Below are positions 63,033 through 64,000 of a DNA stretch of 64,000 nucleotides, piece by piece (the first letter of the stretch is position 1; the number at the start of each line of letters is the position of its first letter). This stretch comes from Gnetum montanum. Taxonomy: Eukaryota; Plantae; Gnetophyta. The notes under the pieces were generated by a model. It searched no databases and was not told the DNA's origin. It worked only from the letters and a program-made list of their open reading frames with translations. The stretch lies in the NCBI GenBank assembly GCA_015680685.1, contig MNCI01001630.1, positions 701,028-765,027 on the forward strand, given 5' to 3'. The position numbers were made by a program, and so were the translations under genes.

Positions 63033-64000
63033 ATGAGTTTAAAGGTTCAAGAGTTTTAGTACTATGTAAATCCATCATAGTAGTCAAACTTTGTTAGAGC
63101 ATCGTTGTGTTGGACTGCATTGCCCTAATTGTGAAAACATTAGAGGCTCAAAATGAGTGTAGAGGGTTGAGAGTTTGGTAGTCTGTAAATCCATCATGGT
63201 GGTCAAGCTTTGTTGGAACATCATTATGTTGGTGTTGTCTAACTCATTAAGGTAGATGAAGGATTTGATGATGATGTTTTCTATACCAGCTATTTACCTA
63301 TTGTCATAGTCCTGAACATCTATTTTTACCATGCACACAGGTGGCAAGTGTCTCAGCATACCCCTAGGAATCAAACCTATGACTTACAAAATATTCTAAC
63401 CAAGTGAGTTATGCCCCATTGACCTTTTTCAACAGACATGTCATTAGGTACTTGGAATTTACATTTTAGTTTTAATTAGAAACCGTACTTTGGCTCATTT
63501 GTTAATGATGATTCATAGTTAGTTATAGTGCTATTTTTCATGGCTGTTTGGTCCCTTGCTTTCTATTTTTTATTGTATCATTACCAGATACCTTGGAGTC
63601 TGTTCTGTCTGATTCAACAAAAAGGGGTGTAAAAAGAATTCGAAATCCCTTTCAGAACATCACATTTTCCAAACTTTTATGCACTCTTTAGGGTCTATGT
63701 GATGTTACATATGCATGCTAGTAAAAAGAAAAAAGAAAAAAAAAGCTACGTCATTGAGCCACAGTTCTAACAATGCGCCCCTTGTTCTATAATATTGTTG
63801 TCGGTTCTAAAAATCACAAAAGGGGCACATTGTGACGGGTTGAGTTTCATCTTTAGTTATTCCCAACTTCTTGGTATTGTGGTAATTACATTTACTTTTG
63901 AATTTTGAAGTTGAAGTTTCTTTATTAACTGTTTCAGAAGTAAGGCTTGTTTTTATCTAGAAAATGGAATGCTTTTAACAGCTTGTGGGGAAATCTTTAG

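Larger units (their letters stand above)
55000..64000 (+). mobile_element. Old Tekay-like LTR relic split by two solo LTRs; boundaries approximate
   Basis: 55290-55428, 57682-57906 and 63038 onward are colinear with 17590-18030. Confidence 0.55.

Noticed and set aside
54091-64000. Further upstream SPPA exons
   Set aside because: None found by eye; the region is explained by TEs, so the next exon probably lies beyond the window.
1-64000. CRISPR arrays, rRNA, tRNA genes or prokaryotic operons
   Set aside because: Eukaryotic intron/TE landscape; the repeats are LTRs or tandem duplications without unique spacers, and the only tRNA-related sequences are PBSs.

Overview
AT-rich plant nuclear DNA from a large, repeat-rich genome. 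The intron sizes and an RTEX-like LINE suggest a non-angiosperm, but the species cannot be determined. The assembly is a draft, with single-N gap markers at 4130, 4940, 9015, 9627, 9901, 10533 and 41138. The only host gene found is the 3' part of the chloroplast signal-peptide peptidase SPPA (peptidase S49) on the minus strand: ten GT-AG exons reconstructed by hand from 54090 to the stop at 24202, in frame, with the catalytic Lys (YKS) and Ser (AASGGY) motifs. Its 5' exons lie beyond the right edge. Its introns (up to 13.7 kb) and the 24 kb downstream are layered transposons: three LTR-bounded Gypsy elements that all lack integrase (gag only with a triplicated zinc-knuckle module; Athila-like gag+protease plus an unknown hydrophobic ORF; gag-PR-RT-RH), a truncated Tekay-like element, several solo LTRs, L1 and RTEX-like LINEs, a very young poly(A) LINE tail, Copia relics and hAT/MITE elements. 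Most notable are a 1.2 kb insertion whose 25-bp target duplication regenerated an SPPA splice donor, L1 sequence with an unexplained C-terminal extension, palindrome arrays in an LTR promoter, and a duplicated SPPA C-terminal coding tail in the 3' UTR.
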